A DNA stretch of 64,000 bases, taken from Obrimoposthia wandeli (Eukaryota). The notes below the pieces were generated by a model. It was not told the DNA's origin. It made no database searches and saw nothing but the letters and a program-made list of their open reading frames with translations. The number at the start of each line of letters is the position of its first letter. The stretch's first letter is position 1. Below are positions 1 to 11,787 of this stretch, piece after piece. The position numbers and the translations under genes are program-made. The DNA is taken from contig CDROCS010000506.1 in NCBI GenBank assembly GCA_977020255.1, positions 1,798,001 to 1,862,000 of the forward strand, given 5' to 3'.

Positions 1-758
1 CCTTCAGCCGCTACCGCATGAAATGCTTGTAGTGCATAGGCTTGTAACTGCTGACGTTGAGCATCTGTAATCGGTGCTGGGCACAAGTATTCAGTGGTAT
101 TTGACTGGTACTTGGCTTGATAATCATAAAAGGTGTTCGGCGTTTTAAGTTGAATAACCGGTAATACTTCGTCACCAAGAATGGCCACGGTAAACTCTGG
201 TCCTTCGATCCACTGTTCAATTAGAATTTCGTTATCATATTCAAACGCAGCTGTTACCGCGATTTCTAATTCCGCCACGTTATGCACTTTCGCCATGCCA
301 ATACTCGAACCTTCTTTCGCCGGTTTAATGATCACCGGAGAGCCAAGTTCAGCAATAATATTACTGGCAATGTCAGTACTAAAATCTGTCGGCGTGACAA
401 TGCGATAAAGCGCCGTAGGTAAACCTTGAGCTTGCCAAATTTGTTTAGTGCGGATTTTATCCATCGCTAACGCAGCACCTAATACACGGCTGCCAGTATA
501 CGGAATAGCAAGCAGCTCTAACGCCCCCTGCATAACCCCATCTTCGCCACCACGACCGTGTAAGGCAATAAATGCATGGGTGAAACCATCACGACCAAGA
601 TTATGTACATCGTATTCAGCAGTATCTAATGCATGCGCATCAACACCTGCACGTTGTAATCCGGCAGTTACCGCTGCGCCTGATTTGAGTGACACTTCAC
701 GTTCAGCTGAATGTCCGCCAAATAATACTGCTACTTTTTTCGTGTTTGTTGCGCTCAT
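1..758 (-). CDS. ddl: D-alanine--D-alanine ligase, 3' end outside the window
   Basis: Not in the ORF track because there is no stop in the window. Manual translation from ATG 758 gives MSATNTKKVAVLFGGHSAEREVSLKSGAAV, the Ddl N-terminal motif. The frame at the window edge reads AFHAVAAEG. It directly follows murC. Confidence 0.95.
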   Translation of the reverse strand, partial: MSATNTKKVAVLFGGHSAEREVSLKSGAAVTAGLQRAGVDAHALDTAEYDVHNLGRDGFTHAFIALHGRGGEDGVMQGALELLAIPYTGSRVLGAALAMDKIRTKQIWQAQGLPTALYRIVTPTDFSTDIASNIIAELGSPVIIKPAKEGSSIGMAKVHNVAELEIAVTAAFEYDNEILIEQWIEGPEFTVAILGDEVLPVIQLKTPNTFYDYQAKYQSNTTEYLCPAPITDAQRQQLQAYALQAFHAVAAE

Positions 759-760
759 GA

Positions 761-2218
761 TTACTTCTTCCATTGTTTCATCGTATCCACATCCATTGCC
801 ATCGCAGCAAGGTCTTTAGCCAGTGTTCCGACATTACCAGCACCTTGAGTCAATACTAAATCACCGTCTTGTAAATGCTCAGCGAGAATCGCTGGTAATT
901 CATCAGGGCTTGCTACAAAAATCGGTTCGATATTACCGCGTTGTCGAATACTACGACAAAGTGAACGGCTATCTGCACCCGGAATTGGCTCTTCGCCTGC
1001 CGGGTATACTTCCAATAGTAACAACAAATCAACTTTTGATAAGACGTTAGCAAAATCTTCGTATAAATCACGCGTACGAGTATAACGGTGTGGTTGGAAT
1101 ACCGATACTAGGCGTTTTTCCGGCCAACCCGCACGAGCAGCTGTAATAGTAACATCAACCTCGGTTGGGTGATGACCATAATCATCTACCAACATCACAT
1201 TACCAGCACCTGAATCAAATTCACCGAGGTGATCGAAACGGCGACCAGTACCAGCAAAATTAGCTAATGCGGTGACAATCGCGCTATCTGCAATGCCATC
1301 TTCAGTCGCAACAGCAACCGCTGCGGCTGCATTTAAGGCATTATGTTGACCGGGCGAGTTTAAACTCACACGCAAATCATCACGATCTTTACGGCAAATA
1401 GTAAAGTGACTTTGATGACCTTTTTGCACATAATCAACAATGCGAACATCGGCATGTTCAGAAAAACCGTAAGTAACGACCTGACGACCCACATCTGGGA
1501 TCAGTTTTTGAATAACCGCATCGTCGGCACACATAACCGCTAGACCGTAAAACGGTAGGTTATGCAGAAAATCAATGAAGGTTTTCTCTAACTTGGCAAA
1601 GTCACCACCATAAGTATCCATATGGTCGGCTTCAATATTTGTCACCACAGCAACCATTGGCTGCAATAATAAGAATGACGCATCGCTTTCATCTGCTTCA
1701 GCAATCAAATAACGGCTAGTCCCTAACCCAGCATTGGTGCCAGTGCTCTTTACTAAGCCGCCATTCACATAGGTAGGATCTAAACCTGCTTCATGATAAA
1801 TACCCGTCACCAAGGCTGTCGTTGACGTTTTACCGTGCGTACCTGATATAGCAATACCATGACGAAAACGCATCAATTCCGCTAGCATTTCAGCACGTTT
1901 AATCACTGGGATACGATTTTCATGCGCGGCAATAATTTCTGGATTGCTTAAATCAATAGCGGTTGAGACCACCACAACACTAGCATTCAATACATTTTCA
2001 GCACTGTGTTCGAAGTTGATCTTGGCGCCTAATTTAACCAAACGTTCTGTTACTGGATTGGGCGCTAAATCAGACCCGGTAATTTGATAACCTTCGTTAG
2101 CCAATACTTCGGCGATACCGCCCATACCTGCGCCACCGATACCAACAAAATGGATAGTTTTCACACGGCGCATTTCTGGCACCATAGTTCTGAGTTGTGC
2201 GATCTTCTGTTCAGGCAT
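761..2218 (-). CDS. murC: UDP-N-acetylmuramate--L-alanine ligase
   Basis: [23 protein letters not shown] and [10 protein letters not shown] motifs; dcw position. Confidence 0.98.
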   Translation of the reverse strand: MPEQKIAQLRTMVPEMRRVKTIHFVGIGGAGMGGIAEVLANEGYQITGSDLAPNPVTERLVKLGAKINFEHSAENVLNASVVVVSTAIDLSNPEIIAAHENRIPVIKRAEMLAELMRFRHGIAISGTHGKTSTTALVTGIYHEAGLDPTYVNGGLVKSTGTNAGLGTSRYLIAEADESDASFLLLQPMVAVVTNIEADHMDTYGGDFAKLEKTFIDFLHNLPFYGLAVMCADDAVIQKLIPDVGRQVVTYGFSEHADVRIVDYVQKGHQSHFTICRKDRDDLRVSLNSPGQHNALNAAAAVAVATEDGIADSAIVTALANFAGTGRRFDHLGEFDSGAGNVMLVDDYGHHPTEVDVTITAARAGWPEKRLVSVFQPHRYTRTRDLYEDFANVLSKVDLLLLLEVYPAGEEPIPGADSRSLCRSIRQRGNIEPIFVASPDELPAILAEHLQDGDLVLTQGAGNVGTLAKDLAAMAMDVDTMKQWKK

Positions 2219-2221
2219 TAT

Positions 2222-3289
2222 TTATCTCTCTTCACTTAACGCTGAGCAGGCAATAGCGACCTGTTCAGTAGCATCTAGGATAGCAGCGGTTTTTGCTGCC
2301 TCTGACATCGTCACGAGACGTGCTTCGTCATCTATCCACTGCTGTAATAATTTAGCCAAATCTGCGGCATTAAATTGCGGTTGTGGTATCAATATAGCAC
2401 CACCCGCTTGCACTAATGATTGGGCATTTTTAGTCTGATGATCATCAACCGCATGCGGCAATGGAATAAAAATAGCAGGCAGACCAGCAACAGCAACTTC
2501 AGAAACCGTTAACGCGCCAGCGCGGCAGACTACCACATCAGCTTGTGCATAAGCTTGCGCCATATCATCAATAAAATCAGTCACTAAAATTTCAGCTGTC
2601 ACGCCTGCAGTTTGATAAGCGCTGGTTACTTTGGCTGTATTGTTTTTGCCAACTTGGTGACGAACACAAATCTTATCTTGCGGTAATAACGCCAGCGCAG
2701 CAGGTAAAGTATCGTTTAATACTTTCGCCCCTAAGCTACCACCAACCACTAATATAGTCAGTTTTTCTTGTTTTATTCGCACTTGCTGATGCAGAGCAAG
2801 TACATCTTCACGTACTGGATTACCCACTAATTTACCTTGTGCGAACGCACCAGGAAATGCCATTAATACCCGTTTAGCTATTTTGGCTAATAAACGATTA
2901 GTCAAACCAGCAGCGGCATTCTGTTCATGCAAAACGACTGGAATACCTTGTAGCCAAGCAGCAACACCGCCCGGTCCACTGGCAAAACCGCCCATACCCA
3001 ATACCACATCAGGTTTAAAGTCTTGCATCACTTTACGTGCCTGCAGTACTGACTTTAAAATGCGGAACGGCGCTGCGCATAAACGCTTGATACCATTACC
3101 ACGGACACCAGAAATATCAATAAACGAAATATCAAAACCGTGTTGGGGCACTAAATTAGCTTCCATACGATCAGCGGTACCGATCCAATGAATAGCCCAG
3201 CCTTGCTGTTGTAAATGTTTCGCTACTGCAATACCAGGAAATACGTGACCGCCAGTACCACCGGCCATCACTAATAAACGTTTTGTCAT
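2222..3289 (-). CDS. murG: Lipid II GlcNAc transferase
   Basis: [16 protein letters not shown] and [10 protein letters not shown] motifs. Confidence 0.98.
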   Translation of the reverse strand: MTKRLLVMAGGTGGHVFPGIAVAKHLQQQGWAIHWIGTADRMEANLVPQHGFDISFIDISGVRGNGIKRLCAAPFRILKSVLQARKVMQDFKPDVVLGMGGFASGPGGVAAWLQGIPVVLHEQNAAAGLTNRLLAKIAKRVLMAFPGAFAQGKLVGNPVREDVLALHQQVRIKQEKLTILVVGGSLGAKVLNDTLPAALALLPQDKICVRHQVGKNNTAKVTSAYQTAGVTAEILVTDFIDDMAQAYAQADVVVCRAGALTVSEVAVAGLPAIFIPLPHAVDDHQTKNAQSLVQAGGAILIPQPQFNAADLAKLLQQWIDDEARLVTMSEAAKTAAILDATEQVAIACSALSEER

Positions 3290-3409
3290 AATATTTTCTT
3301 TAATTTGTAATGAGATTTGAGCTACTCTTACCTAAATAAAAGTCGAAATAAATACCGTATGATTGCCGTAATCATTATCTAAATCATTATTTAAATAATG
3401 ATCATTCAC

Positions 3410-4597
3410 TTACTGCGGCATTTTTATTGTTGCATCGGATATCGGTACTTTTTGTCCGCGATATTCATAATCAATCCGCAATAATACCGCCACTGCGCAG
3501 CTCATGACTAATAAACTCGAACCACCATAACTGACTAGCGGTAAAGTTAAGCCTTTAGTCGGTAATAACCCCGATGCCGCACCGACATTAACCAAGGTCT
3601 GAAAACAAAACCACACGCCAATACTAATCGCCAAGAATCCAGCAAAAGATTGATCTGCTTCTAGACTACGACGACCTATTTGCAACGCTTTAAATACTAA
3701 TAGCATTTGCAGCATCAACACAATGAAGACCCCCACAAAGCCTAACTCTTCAGCCAAGATCGCAAATACAAAATCGGTATGGGCTTCAGGTAAATATTCC
3801 AACTTCTGGATCGAGTTACCCAAGCCTTCACCGCTAAAACTGCCGCGGCCAAATGCCATCAACGATTGGGTCAACTGATAACCACTACCAAACGGATCAT
3901 TCCAAGGGTCAAGAAAAGAAGTGACTCGGCGCATTCGATACGGCGATAATATCACTGCTAATACGCCCAGTAAAATAGCCACAACACATAATGCCATGAA
4001 GTGAACTAACTTTGCACCACCGATAAATAACAGCGCTACACTGGTGGTTAAAATAACCATCACAGAGCCAAAATCAGGTTGAATAAGCAGCAATGCAGAA
4101 ATAACAGCAATCACTAATAAGCCATTTACAAAGCCTTTATAGCTCTCTTGCAATAGACTCTTTTGGCGTACTAAATAGCCCGAGAAATAGGTAAACAAGG
4201 CAAATTTAGCGAATTCAGCGGGCTGCATATTTAACGGCCCTAATGATAACCAACGAGTACTACCATTAACCGTACGACCAATCACTAATACCAGCACTAA
4301 TAATGCGATAGCAACAAACAAAAAACGTACACTATTACGTTCAAAAAATGCAATAGGCACGTTCAATACACAGACAGCCGCACACAGAGAGATTGTCAAA
4401 AAGATTAAGTGTTTCTTTACAAACATAAACGGATCGTTACCCAAGGCAATGCCTTCCGGTAACGACGCCGATGCTACCATCACCAGACCCACCATCATTA
4501 ACACTATGGCTAATAATAAGAGTTGACGGTCATAAGCAGCAGTCTTTTGCTCTTCAGCACCTAGCAAGTAGGCTTTCGTCCGTGTGAGAAATTCCAT
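3410..4597 (-). CDS. ftsW: SEDS peptidoglycan polymerase FtsW
   Basis: MQPAEFAK, QPDFGS, YLPEAHTDF and LPLVSYGGSS motifs. Confidence 0.97.
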   Translation of the reverse strand: MEFLTRTKAYLLGAEEQKTAAYDRQLLLLAIVLMMVGLVMVASASLPEGIALGNDPFMFVKKHLIFLTISLCAAVCVLNVPIAFFERNSVRFLFVAIALLVLVLVIGRTVNGSTRWLSLGPLNMQPAEFAKFALFTYFSGYLVRQKSLLQESYKGFVNGLLVIAVISALLLIQPDFGSVMVILTTSVALLFIGGAKLVHFMALCVVAILLGVLAVILSPYRMRRVTSFLDPWNDPFGSGYQLTQSLMAFGRGSFSGEGLGNSIQKLEYLPEAHTDFVFAILAEELGFVGVFIVLMLQMLLVFKALQIGRRSLEADQSFAGFLAISIGVWFCFQTLVNVGAASGLLPTKGLTLPLVSYGGSSLLVMSCAVAVLLRIDYEYRGQKVPISDATIKMPQ

Positions 4598-5934
4598 TAC
4601 AATGCCTTAACTAGCGCTCTAAAATGATCGCCTCGCGCCATAAAGTTCACATACATATCAATGCTAGCGCAAGCAGGCGATAACAATACCCAATCACCTG
4701 GCTGTACTAACTGACTGATTTCTGCAATCGCGTTATCTAAATCGTCAACCAACTTGGTATTCTCGGCGAGGGCAGAAAAACGTTCCCCGTCTTTACCAAA
4801 ACAATAAGTTAGCGCTATATCATCACGTAGGGCCGGTACTAAAGGGCTAAAATCAGCTCCCTTGCCATCACCACCGGCGATCAAATATAAACGTCCTTTG
4901 ACACTGCTTTTTAAGCCATCAAGCGCCGCGAGTGTCGCGCCGACATTGGTAGCCTTAGTATCATTGATCCAAGTGACACCATTGAGTTCACGGATAAATT
5001 CGCAGCGATGTGCCAAGCCGGTAAATTGTTTTAATCCCGGTAAGGTTTTAATTCTATCCACACCAGCAGCATCAAGCAGGGCAATAGCAGACAAGGCATT
5101 CATCAAATTATGTAACCCTGTGATCTGTAGTTCATCTGCGCTGATAATGCCTTTACCTTGATAAGCTAACCAAGTACTACCTTGCTGTTGGATCAAACCA
5201 TAATCAGCGCTGTCTTCGCCAAAGCTCTGTTTGCTAGCATCGGCATTACTTTGTTGGGCACAAATCGTCAATGCATCATCACGATTAGTCACTATGGTTT
5301 GTGCATTTTGGTAAATAGATAATTTAGCCTGACGATAAGCCTCAAAACCAGAATAACGGTCAAGATGATCGTCACTGACATTAAGCACTGTCGCCGCAAC
5401 AGCCCGTAAACTATGGGTAGTTTCTAACTGAAAACTAGACAGTTCTAATACATAGAGTTGATAAGGGTCAGCTACATCCAATAGGTCTAATGCCGGAATA
5501 CCGATGTTGCCACCAATCGCGGTTCTCACCCCTGCGGCATTGGCCATTTCCCCAACCAGCGTGGTCACCGTCGATTTACCATTAGAACCTGTGATCGCAA
5601 TAATCGGTGCTTTTGCCGCTCTCACAAACAGCTCAATATCACCAATCACTTCGACACCACTTTGCTGTGCTGCAGCAATCTCTGGCGTGGCGATAGCAAT
5701 ACCTGGGCTGACAATTAATTGTTTAGCTTGTAATAAGATCTCGGGATGTAACCCACCTTTATACAAGACCACCTGAGCAGGCAGTTCATCTTGCCCCGGA
5801 GGTGCATCACGACTATCAACCACAACAGGCACTATGCCTTGTTTTAGAAAATAGCGAACGCAAGACAGACCGGTTTGGCCTAAACCAACAATAACAATCG
5901 CAGATGCCATATTTTGCTCAGATAGTTGTGTCAT
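4597..5934 (-). CDS. murD: UDP-MurNAc-L-Ala--D-glutamate ligase
   Basis: GSNGKSTVT, LELSSFQL and NDTKATN motifs. Start moved to ATG 5934, which makes a TAATG overlap with the mraY stop. Confidence 0.97.
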   Translation of the reverse strand: MTQLSEQNMASAIVIVGLGQTGLSCVRYFLKQGIVPVVVDSRDAPPGQDELPAQVVLYKGGLHPEILLQAKQLIVSPGIAIATPEIAAAQQSGVEVIGDIELFVRAAKAPIIAITGSNGKSTVTTLVGEMANAAGVRTAIGGNIGIPALDLLDVADPYQLYVLELSSFQLETTHSLRAVAATVLNVSDDHLDRYSGFEAYRQAKLSIYQNAQTIVTNRDDALTICAQQSNADASKQSFGEDSADYGLIQQQGSTWLAYQGKGIISADELQITGLHNLMNALSAIALLDAAGVDRIKTLPGLKQFTGLAHRCEFIRELNGVTWINDTKATNVGATLAALDGLKSSVKGRLYLIAGGDGKGADFSPLVPALRDDIALTYCFGKDGERFSALAENTKLVDDLDNAIAEISQLVQPGDWVLLSPACASIDMYVNFMARGDHFRALVKAL

Positions 5935-7016
5935 TAGCGCACCTTCAGCGTAGCTAAACCAATGAGTACTAATATAATAGTGATGATCCAAAAACGCACA
6001 ATAACGCGTGGTTCAGGCCAGCCCTTTAATTCATAATGGTGATGAATTGGCGCCATTCTAAAGATACGTTGACCACGTAACTTATATGAACCAACTTGTA
6101 AAATAACCGATACAGTTTCCATTACGAACACACCACCCATGATAACTAACATGAATTCTTGGCGAACCAATACCGCCATCGTACCTAAACCAGCACCTAA
6201 AGCTAATGAACCAACATCGCCCATAAATACCTGTGCAGGGTAAGTGTTGAACCATAAGAAGCCCAGTCCAGCACCCACCATCGCCGCACAAACAATGACT
6301 AATTCACTCGCTTGAGGGATATAAGGAATAAACAGGTATCCAGCAAATTGAACATTACTGGTTAGGTAAGCGACCAACATAAATGCGCCAGCGACTAAAA
6401 CCGTCGGTAGAATAGCAAGACCATCTAAACCATCCGTTAAGTTAACCGCATTACTACTGCCTACGATAACGAAGTAAGTTAATACGATAAATAGCAGACC
6501 CAACTCAGGCATATATTCTTTAAAGAAGGGTACCACTAAAGTTGTTTCAGCGGCAGAACCGGCTGTCACATATAAATAAACCGCAATCGCAATCGCAATT
6601 GCTGACTGCCAAAAGTATTTCCAGCGCGCAATCAAACCAGCGCTATCTTTACGGATCACTTTACGATAATCATCGACAAAACCAACCGCACCAAAGGCAA
6701 CAAATACAAACATCATCACCCAAACATAGGCATTATCTAATCTTGCCCATAGTAAGGTAGATACTAAGATTGCGACCAAGATCATCACACCACCCATCGT
6801 TGGCGTGCCACGTTTACTGAAATGTGATTCAGGACCATCATCACGTACGATTTGACCAATCTGCATATCTTGCAAATAACGAATAAGTTTAGGACCCATC
6901 CATAATGTCAGTAATAACGAGGTAATTATCGTGATAATTGCACGAAATGTGAGATACGAAAAAACTCTGAATAGCGAGAAATGCTCACTTAAAGATTCGA
7001 ACAACCAAACTAACAT
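5934..7016 (-). CDS. mraY: Phospho-MurNAc-pentapeptide transferase
   Basis: [24 protein letters not shown] and MAPIHHHYE motifs. Confidence 0.98.
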   Translation of the reverse strand: MLVWLFESLSEHFSLFRVFSYLTFRAIITIITSLLLTLWMGPKLIRYLQDMQIGQIVRDDGPESHFSKRGTPTMGGVMILVAILVSTLLWARLDNAYVWVMMFVFVAFGAVGFVDDYRKVIRKDSAGLIARWKYFWQSAIAIAIAVYLYVTAGSAAETTLVVPFFKEYMPELGLLFIVLTYFVIVGSSNAVNLTDGLDGLAILPTVLVAGAFMLVAYLTSNVQFAGYLFIPYIPQASELVIVCAAMVGAGLGFLWFNTYPAQVFMGDVGSLALGAGLGTMAVLVRQEFMLVIMGGVFVMETVSVILQVGSYKLRGQRIFRMAPIHHHYELKGWPEPRVIVRFWIITIILVLIGLATLKVR

Positions 7017-8482
7017 TTTCTTTCCTTTATTGTATTTTCAACTAACGTTGTATTTTCGGTTAACACGGTCTTCTTGGTTAACACAGTATTTTTGATTAAC
7101 ATAGCAGGGTTCTCTGCAAGCTTAGTGGTTAACAAGCTAATCGCTTGCTCCATTTTAGCACTGCGAGAACCTTTAAATAATAAGGTAAACAGCTGCGTTT
7201 TCGGTGCCGTTGTGATTAATTCAACCAGCGCATCGACTAATTCAGGTTGCGCTAAAAAAGCACGCCCGCTATCACCGGCAGTCAGCGCGGCTTCACGGCT
7301 CAGCGCGCCGCAAGTATAGACATGGTCGACTTGCTGCTGTTGCGCATAATGACCAACTTGCTGATGCATATCAGCGGTACTTGAACCAAGCTCACCCATA
7401 TCCCCCATTACCAATACATTGGTCGAAGAGAAGTGAGTTAAGACATCAATAGCGGCTTTAACCGAGGCGATATTAGCGTTGTAAGTATCATCAATGATAC
7501 GGACACGTGGCGTTAGTGAGGATATTTTCAATCGACCCTGCACATTTTCCATCGTACCAAGACCGAGCTTGATCGTATCCAGATCGATACCGAAACAACT
7601 GGCCATTGCTGCCGCAGCCAATGCATTAGCAACATTATGACGCCCTGCAACCGCCAAGCTGATCGTACATGCACCATTTGGTGTGCATAGTTTAAATGTT
7701 GGATTTCCGACATCATCAAATTTAATGTCTGCCGCAAAATAATCAGCACTGTCGTCAACGACTGAAAAGCTAACGTGGCGCTGCGCATCGACTTTACGTA
7801 ACCAGTATTGATAAAATTTATCATCACGATTCAGTACTGCCAACCCACTGTGTTTCACACCCGCTAAGATTTCACCTTTTGCAGACGCAACGCCTTGTAA
7901 ATCACCAAAACCTTCTAAGTGTGCTGCATCAACATTATTGATTAACACCACTTCAGGCAATACCAATCCCGTGGTATAGGCAATTTCTTTTTTGTGATTA
8001 GCACCAAGCTCCATCACAGCATATTGATCATCGGACTGTAAACGCAATAACGTTAACGGTACACCGACATCGTTATTAAAATTACCCGCTGTTGCTAATG
8101 TCGGCGCAACGAGTTTTAAAATAGCCGCAAGCATTTCTTTAGTTGTAGTCTTACCATTACTGCCAGTTAATGCAGCAACTTTAGGATTAACTTGCTCGCG
8201 TACCATTTTGCCTATTAATCCCAAGGCAATCCGGCTATCTTTAACCACAATTTGCGGAATATCAACGGCTTGTTTTTTAGTGACAATCGCAGCAACAGCA
8301 CCTTGTGCTACCGCTTTGGCGACAAAACTATTCGCATCGAAATTATCACCACTTAAGGCGATAAATAAATCACCCGTTTTTATCGTCCGAGTATCTGTAG
8401 AAACAGCAGAGATAACGCAGTCATCCCCCTGTAACTTGCTGTTAAGCTGCACCGCAATGGCACTTAACGCTAAATTAATCAT
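7010..8482 (-). CDS. murF: UDP-MurNAc-tripeptide--D-Ala-D-Ala ligase with a C-terminal repeat tail
   Basis: [27 protein letters not shown] and FKGSRS motifs. Confidence 0.96.
   Translation of the reverse strand: MINLALSAIAVQLNSKLQGDDCVISAVSTDTRTIKTGDLFIALSGDNFDANSFVAKAVAQGAVAAIVTKKQAVDIPQIVVKDSRIALGLIGKMVREQVNPKVAALTGSNGKTTTKEMLAAILKLVAPTLATAGNFNNDVGVPLTLLRLQSDDQYAVMELGANHKKEIAYTTGLVLPEVVLINNVDAAHLEGFGDLQGVASAKGEILAGVKHSGLAVLNRDDKFYQYWLRKVDAQRHVSFSVVDDSADYFAADIKFDDVGNPTFKLCTPNGACTISLAVAGRHNVANALAAAAMASCFGIDLDTIKLGLGTMENVQGRLKISSLTPRVRIIDDTYNANIASVKAAIDVLTHFSSTNVLVMGDMGELGSSTADMHQQVGHYAQQQQVDHVYTCGALSREAALTAGDSGRAFLAQPELVDALVELITTAPKTQLFTLLFKGSRSAKMEQAISLLTTKLAENPAMLIKNTVLTKKTVLTENTTLVENTIKERKC
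7022..7093 (-). repeat. Four degenerate 18-bp in-frame tandem units in the murF 3' end
   Basis: Minus strand AAAAATACTGTGTTAACC / AAGAAGACCGTGTTAACC / GAAAATACAACGTTAGTT / GAAAATACAATAAAGGAA, encoding [24 protein letters not shown]. Confidence 0.85.
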
Positions 8483-9957
8483 TCTTGGTTATCCAACATT
8501 TCGATGATCGTTTCACGATCACTATAATGGTGTTTATGCACACCGATAATTTGGTAATCTTCATGACCCTTACCCGCAACTAAAATAATATCATTCGGTT
8601 TGCTTTGGCTCATAGCCCAATGAATCGCTTCACGGCGATCGTGAATAACTTGCACAGCATCAGGCTTAGCAAGTCCAGTAAGCATATCGGTTACGATCGT
8701 AGAGGCAGACTCAGTACGAGGATTATCATCAGTAATGACAGCAAAATCTGAATATTGTTCAGCCACTTTTGCCATTAATGGGCGTTTACCTGTATCTCGG
8801 TCACCGCCGCAACCATAAACACACCAAAGTTGACCTTCACAATGTACGCGTAATGCTTGTAAGGCTTTTTCTAATGCATCTGGCGTATGAGCATAATCAA
8901 CCACACAAGCAGCTTGTCCTGCTTGCTTAAATAACTCCATACGACCACATACAGCGGTCAATTTTGGCGCGGCCTGTAACAGTGCATCAAAATCATAACC
9001 TAGCGCTAATAAACTCGCGCAAGCAGCAACCACATTAGAGGCGTTAAATTCACCAATTAAACCACATTGCAGTTTGCCTTCACCCCAACTGGTTTTTAAT
9101 TCACAACTAAAACCGGCAGTATCAAAATTCAAATCACGGCAATATAAGAAAGTCCCGGCATGGCCAGATAAGTCTTGCTGTACTGAAAACTGGATCGCAT
9201 CGGGCCATTGTTGCGCCCAAGCCTTGCCATAAGCATCATCGACATTGAGGATTCTGTGTTTTACCGCGCCTTGGAATAAGATTTTCTTGGCATCAGCATA
9301 AGCATCCATATCACCATGGTAATCAAGATGATCACGAGTCAAATTGGTAAATAATGCCACATCAAAATCCAGCGCACTAACGCGGCCTTGGATTAAACCA
9401 TGAGAAGAGACTTCCATCGCGCATAATTCTGCGCCTTGCTGTAATTGGCTGGCGATTTCAGCTTGTACGTCTAAGCCACTGCCCGTGGTATTTTCAGCTT
9501 GGGTTAACTGCGCAAATAAGCCATTACCAATAGTCCCCATCACCCCTGCTTTACCGGCTAATAAGGTCACCCAATTAGCAATAATTTGGGTAATGGTACT
9601 TTTACCATTGGTGCCAGTAACACCGATCAATTTTAATTGTTGGGAAGGTGATTGATAAAAATTATCGGCTAATGCGGACAAGGCCTGATTAAGGCCAAAA
9701 AATGAGATGATAGGCGTGCTATTGATATAATCGATATGGCCGTGTTCAGCCTGAGAGTCGGCATCTTTGAGCACCGCTTTTGCGCCACTTTTTAATGCAT
9801 TAGTGATAAAGCGTCTGCCATCAAGCGCATGGCCATTAATTGCGACAAAGCAATCGCCAGTTTGCACTTTTCGGCTATCAATGATTAAGGCGTTAACCGC
9901 TAATTCAACATCAATATTCCACGCGTGTAGAGATAATACTCGACATGACGAATTCAT
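8479..9957 (-). CDS. murE: UDP-MurNAc-dipeptide--meso-DAP ligase
   Basis: GVTGTNGKST, MEVSSHG, VDYAHTPDAL and DNPR motifs. Start placed at ATG 9957 behind an AAGGA SD; ATG 9990 is the alternative. Confidence 0.96.
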   Translation of the reverse strand: MNSSCRVLSLHAWNIDVELAVNALIIDSRKVQTGDCFVAINGHALDGRRFITNALKSGAKAVLKDADSQAEHGHIDYINSTPIISFFGLNQALSALADNFYQSPSQQLKLIGVTGTNGKSTITQIIANWVTLLAGKAGVMGTIGNGLFAQLTQAENTTGSGLDVQAEIASQLQQGAELCAMEVSSHGLIQGRVSALDFDVALFTNLTRDHLDYHGDMDAYADAKKILFQGAVKHRILNVDDAYGKAWAQQWPDAIQFSVQQDLSGHAGTFLYCRDLNFDTAGFSCELKTSWGEGKLQCGLIGEFNASNVVAACASLLALGYDFDALLQAAPKLTAVCGRMELFKQAGQAACVVDYAHTPDALEKALQALRVHCEGQLWCVYGCGGDRDTGKRPLMAKVAEQYSDFAVITDDNPRTESASTIVTDMLTGLAKPDAVQVIHDRREAIHWAMSQSKPNDIILVAGKGHEDYQIIGVHKHHYSDRETIIEMLDNQE

Positions 9958-10059
9958 TTCAAAATCCTTAGTATTTAAAACCCTTGGCATTTCACAATCC
10001 TTTGCACCAAATGATCCTTTGCGGAAAATAACCTTTAACGCCTCAGCGCCCTGTAATTT

Positions 10060-11787
10060 TTAAGAGTCTTTTGCTGTTATCGTTAATGATTGTTTTTCAT
10101 CTGGGGTTACATTTAACATTTGCAGTGTTCTTTCCATCACTTCAGCAAATACTGGCGCTGCAATCACACCGCCGTAATAACGATCACCACTAGGCGAATC
10201 AATCACCACAACTAATGCGAAACGCGGGTTAGATACAGGTGCTACACCTGCAAATAAAGCCACATAATCATCACCATAACCACCGGCTATCGCTTTACGA
10301 GAAGTACCAGTTTTACCTGCGACACGATAACCATCAATACGGGCTTTATCGCCCGTGCCGCCTTTTTCAACCACGCTTTCCATCATGGATAACAAATCTT
10401 CTGCGTCTTGCTCAGAAAGAACTCGCTCCGAGAGTGGCGTGGTATCTAATTTTCTAATCGTCAGTGGGCGATATAATCCACCAGAGCCAATCGTGGCATA
10501 AGCATGAGCAAGTTGCAGTGTCGTGGCTTGCATGCCGTAGCCAAATGATAATGTCGCATTTTCAAATTCAGACCAACGGGTACGACGAGGCATATAACCG
10601 CGACTTTCACCATTTAAGATCAAACTGCTGACATTACCAAAACCAAACTGATAATAGGTATCGAGTAAGCGTTGATGACCGAGTTTCAACGCAATTTTAC
10701 TCACGCCCATATTAGATGAGTAGCGTAAAATATCACCCAACGTAATATCCCCGCGGTTGCGAGTGTCTTGCACTAAACGGCCACCTAAACGCATCCGTCC
10801 AGGGTTTGTATCAATTATCGAATCGGCGGCGATAACACCATTATCTAAACCACTGGCAATCACCAAGGGTTTAATTGTCGAGCCAGGTTCATAACTGTCT
10901 GTGATAGCACGGTTCTTTAATTTATAACTGTCGTACTTACTGCGATTATTGGGGTTAAACGACGGGCTATTTACCATCGCTAATATTTCACCAGTTTTTA
11001 CGTCAATCATCACCAGTGAACCTGACACTGCACCGTTATATTTAACCGCTTTTTTCAGGCGTTGGTAAGCTAAAGATTGAATGCGCTGATCGATACTTAA
11101 CTGGATATTATTCGCTTGTTCACTCTGTTGGATAACAGAAATATCTTCAATCACATTACCGAGGCGATCTTTACGCACAATACGTTTGCCCTGGGTACCA
11201 GTAAGGAAATCGTCATATGCTCTTTCCACGCCTTCAATGCCTTTATCGTCAATATTGGTCATGCCAACTAACTGCGCACTTACTTCACCCGTAGGATAAA
11301 AACGACGGGACTCGGGAGCGAGACTCACACCGACCAATTTTAATTCATCAACATATTTGGCAACAGAAGGACTGATTTGGCGTTTGATATACATAAAACG
11401 GCCATTAGAGGCCAAAATTTTAGCCTGCAGGTCAGCAAGATTAAGATCAAGAATCTCTGCGAATGCTTGCCATGCACGTTTTTTATCAAAACTATTTTTG
11501 TTTTTAATGGTGCGCGGATCAACATGAATAGCCATTACAGGCACACTAACCGCTAACTCCACACCATGACGATCGGTAATAATACCGCGTTGTACTTGCT
11601 GTGAGGCAACACGAAGTGAGCGCATATCGGCTTGTTTACGCAAGTGTTCTGGATTAATAACTTGGATATAAGCGGTTCGAGCAAGCAGACAGGCAAAAAT
11701 CAATACCACAGTCGCAACGACTAAGCGGTAGCGCCAGAGGATAAAATTTTCTTGCTCTTGATTGGGGGTATTACTACGATTTTTCAC
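10060..11787 (-). CDS. ftsI: PBP3 transpeptidase
   Basis: SxxK (GSTIK), SxN (SSN) and KTG motifs; N-terminal TM segment. Confidence 0.97.
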   Translation of the reverse strand: MKNRSNTPNQEQENFILWRYRLVVATVVLIFACLLARTAYIQVINPEHLRKQADMRSLRVASQQVQRGIITDRHGVELAVSVPVMAIHVDPRTIKNKNSFDKKRAWQAFAEILDLNLADLQAKILASNGRFMYIKRQISPSVAKYVDELKLVGVSLAPESRRFYPTGEVSAQLVGMTNIDDKGIEGVERAYDDFLTGTQGKRIVRKDRLGNVIEDISVIQQSEQANNIQLSIDQRIQSLAYQRLKKAVKYNGAVSGSLVMIDVKTGEILAMVNSPSFNPNNRSKYDSYKLKNRAITDSYEPGSTIKPLVIASGLDNGVIAADSIIDTNPGRMRLGGRLVQDTRNRGDITLGDILRYSSNMGVSKIALKLGHQRLLDTYYQFGFGNVSSLILNGESRGYMPRRTRWSEFENATLSFGYGMQATTLQLAHAYATIGSGGLYRPLTIRKLDTTPLSERVLSEQDAEDLLSMMESVVEKGGTGDKARIDGYRVAGKTGTSRKAIAGGYGDDYVALFAGVAPVSNPRFALVVVIDSPSGDRYYGGVIAAPVFAEVMERTLQMLNVTPDEKQSLTITAKDS

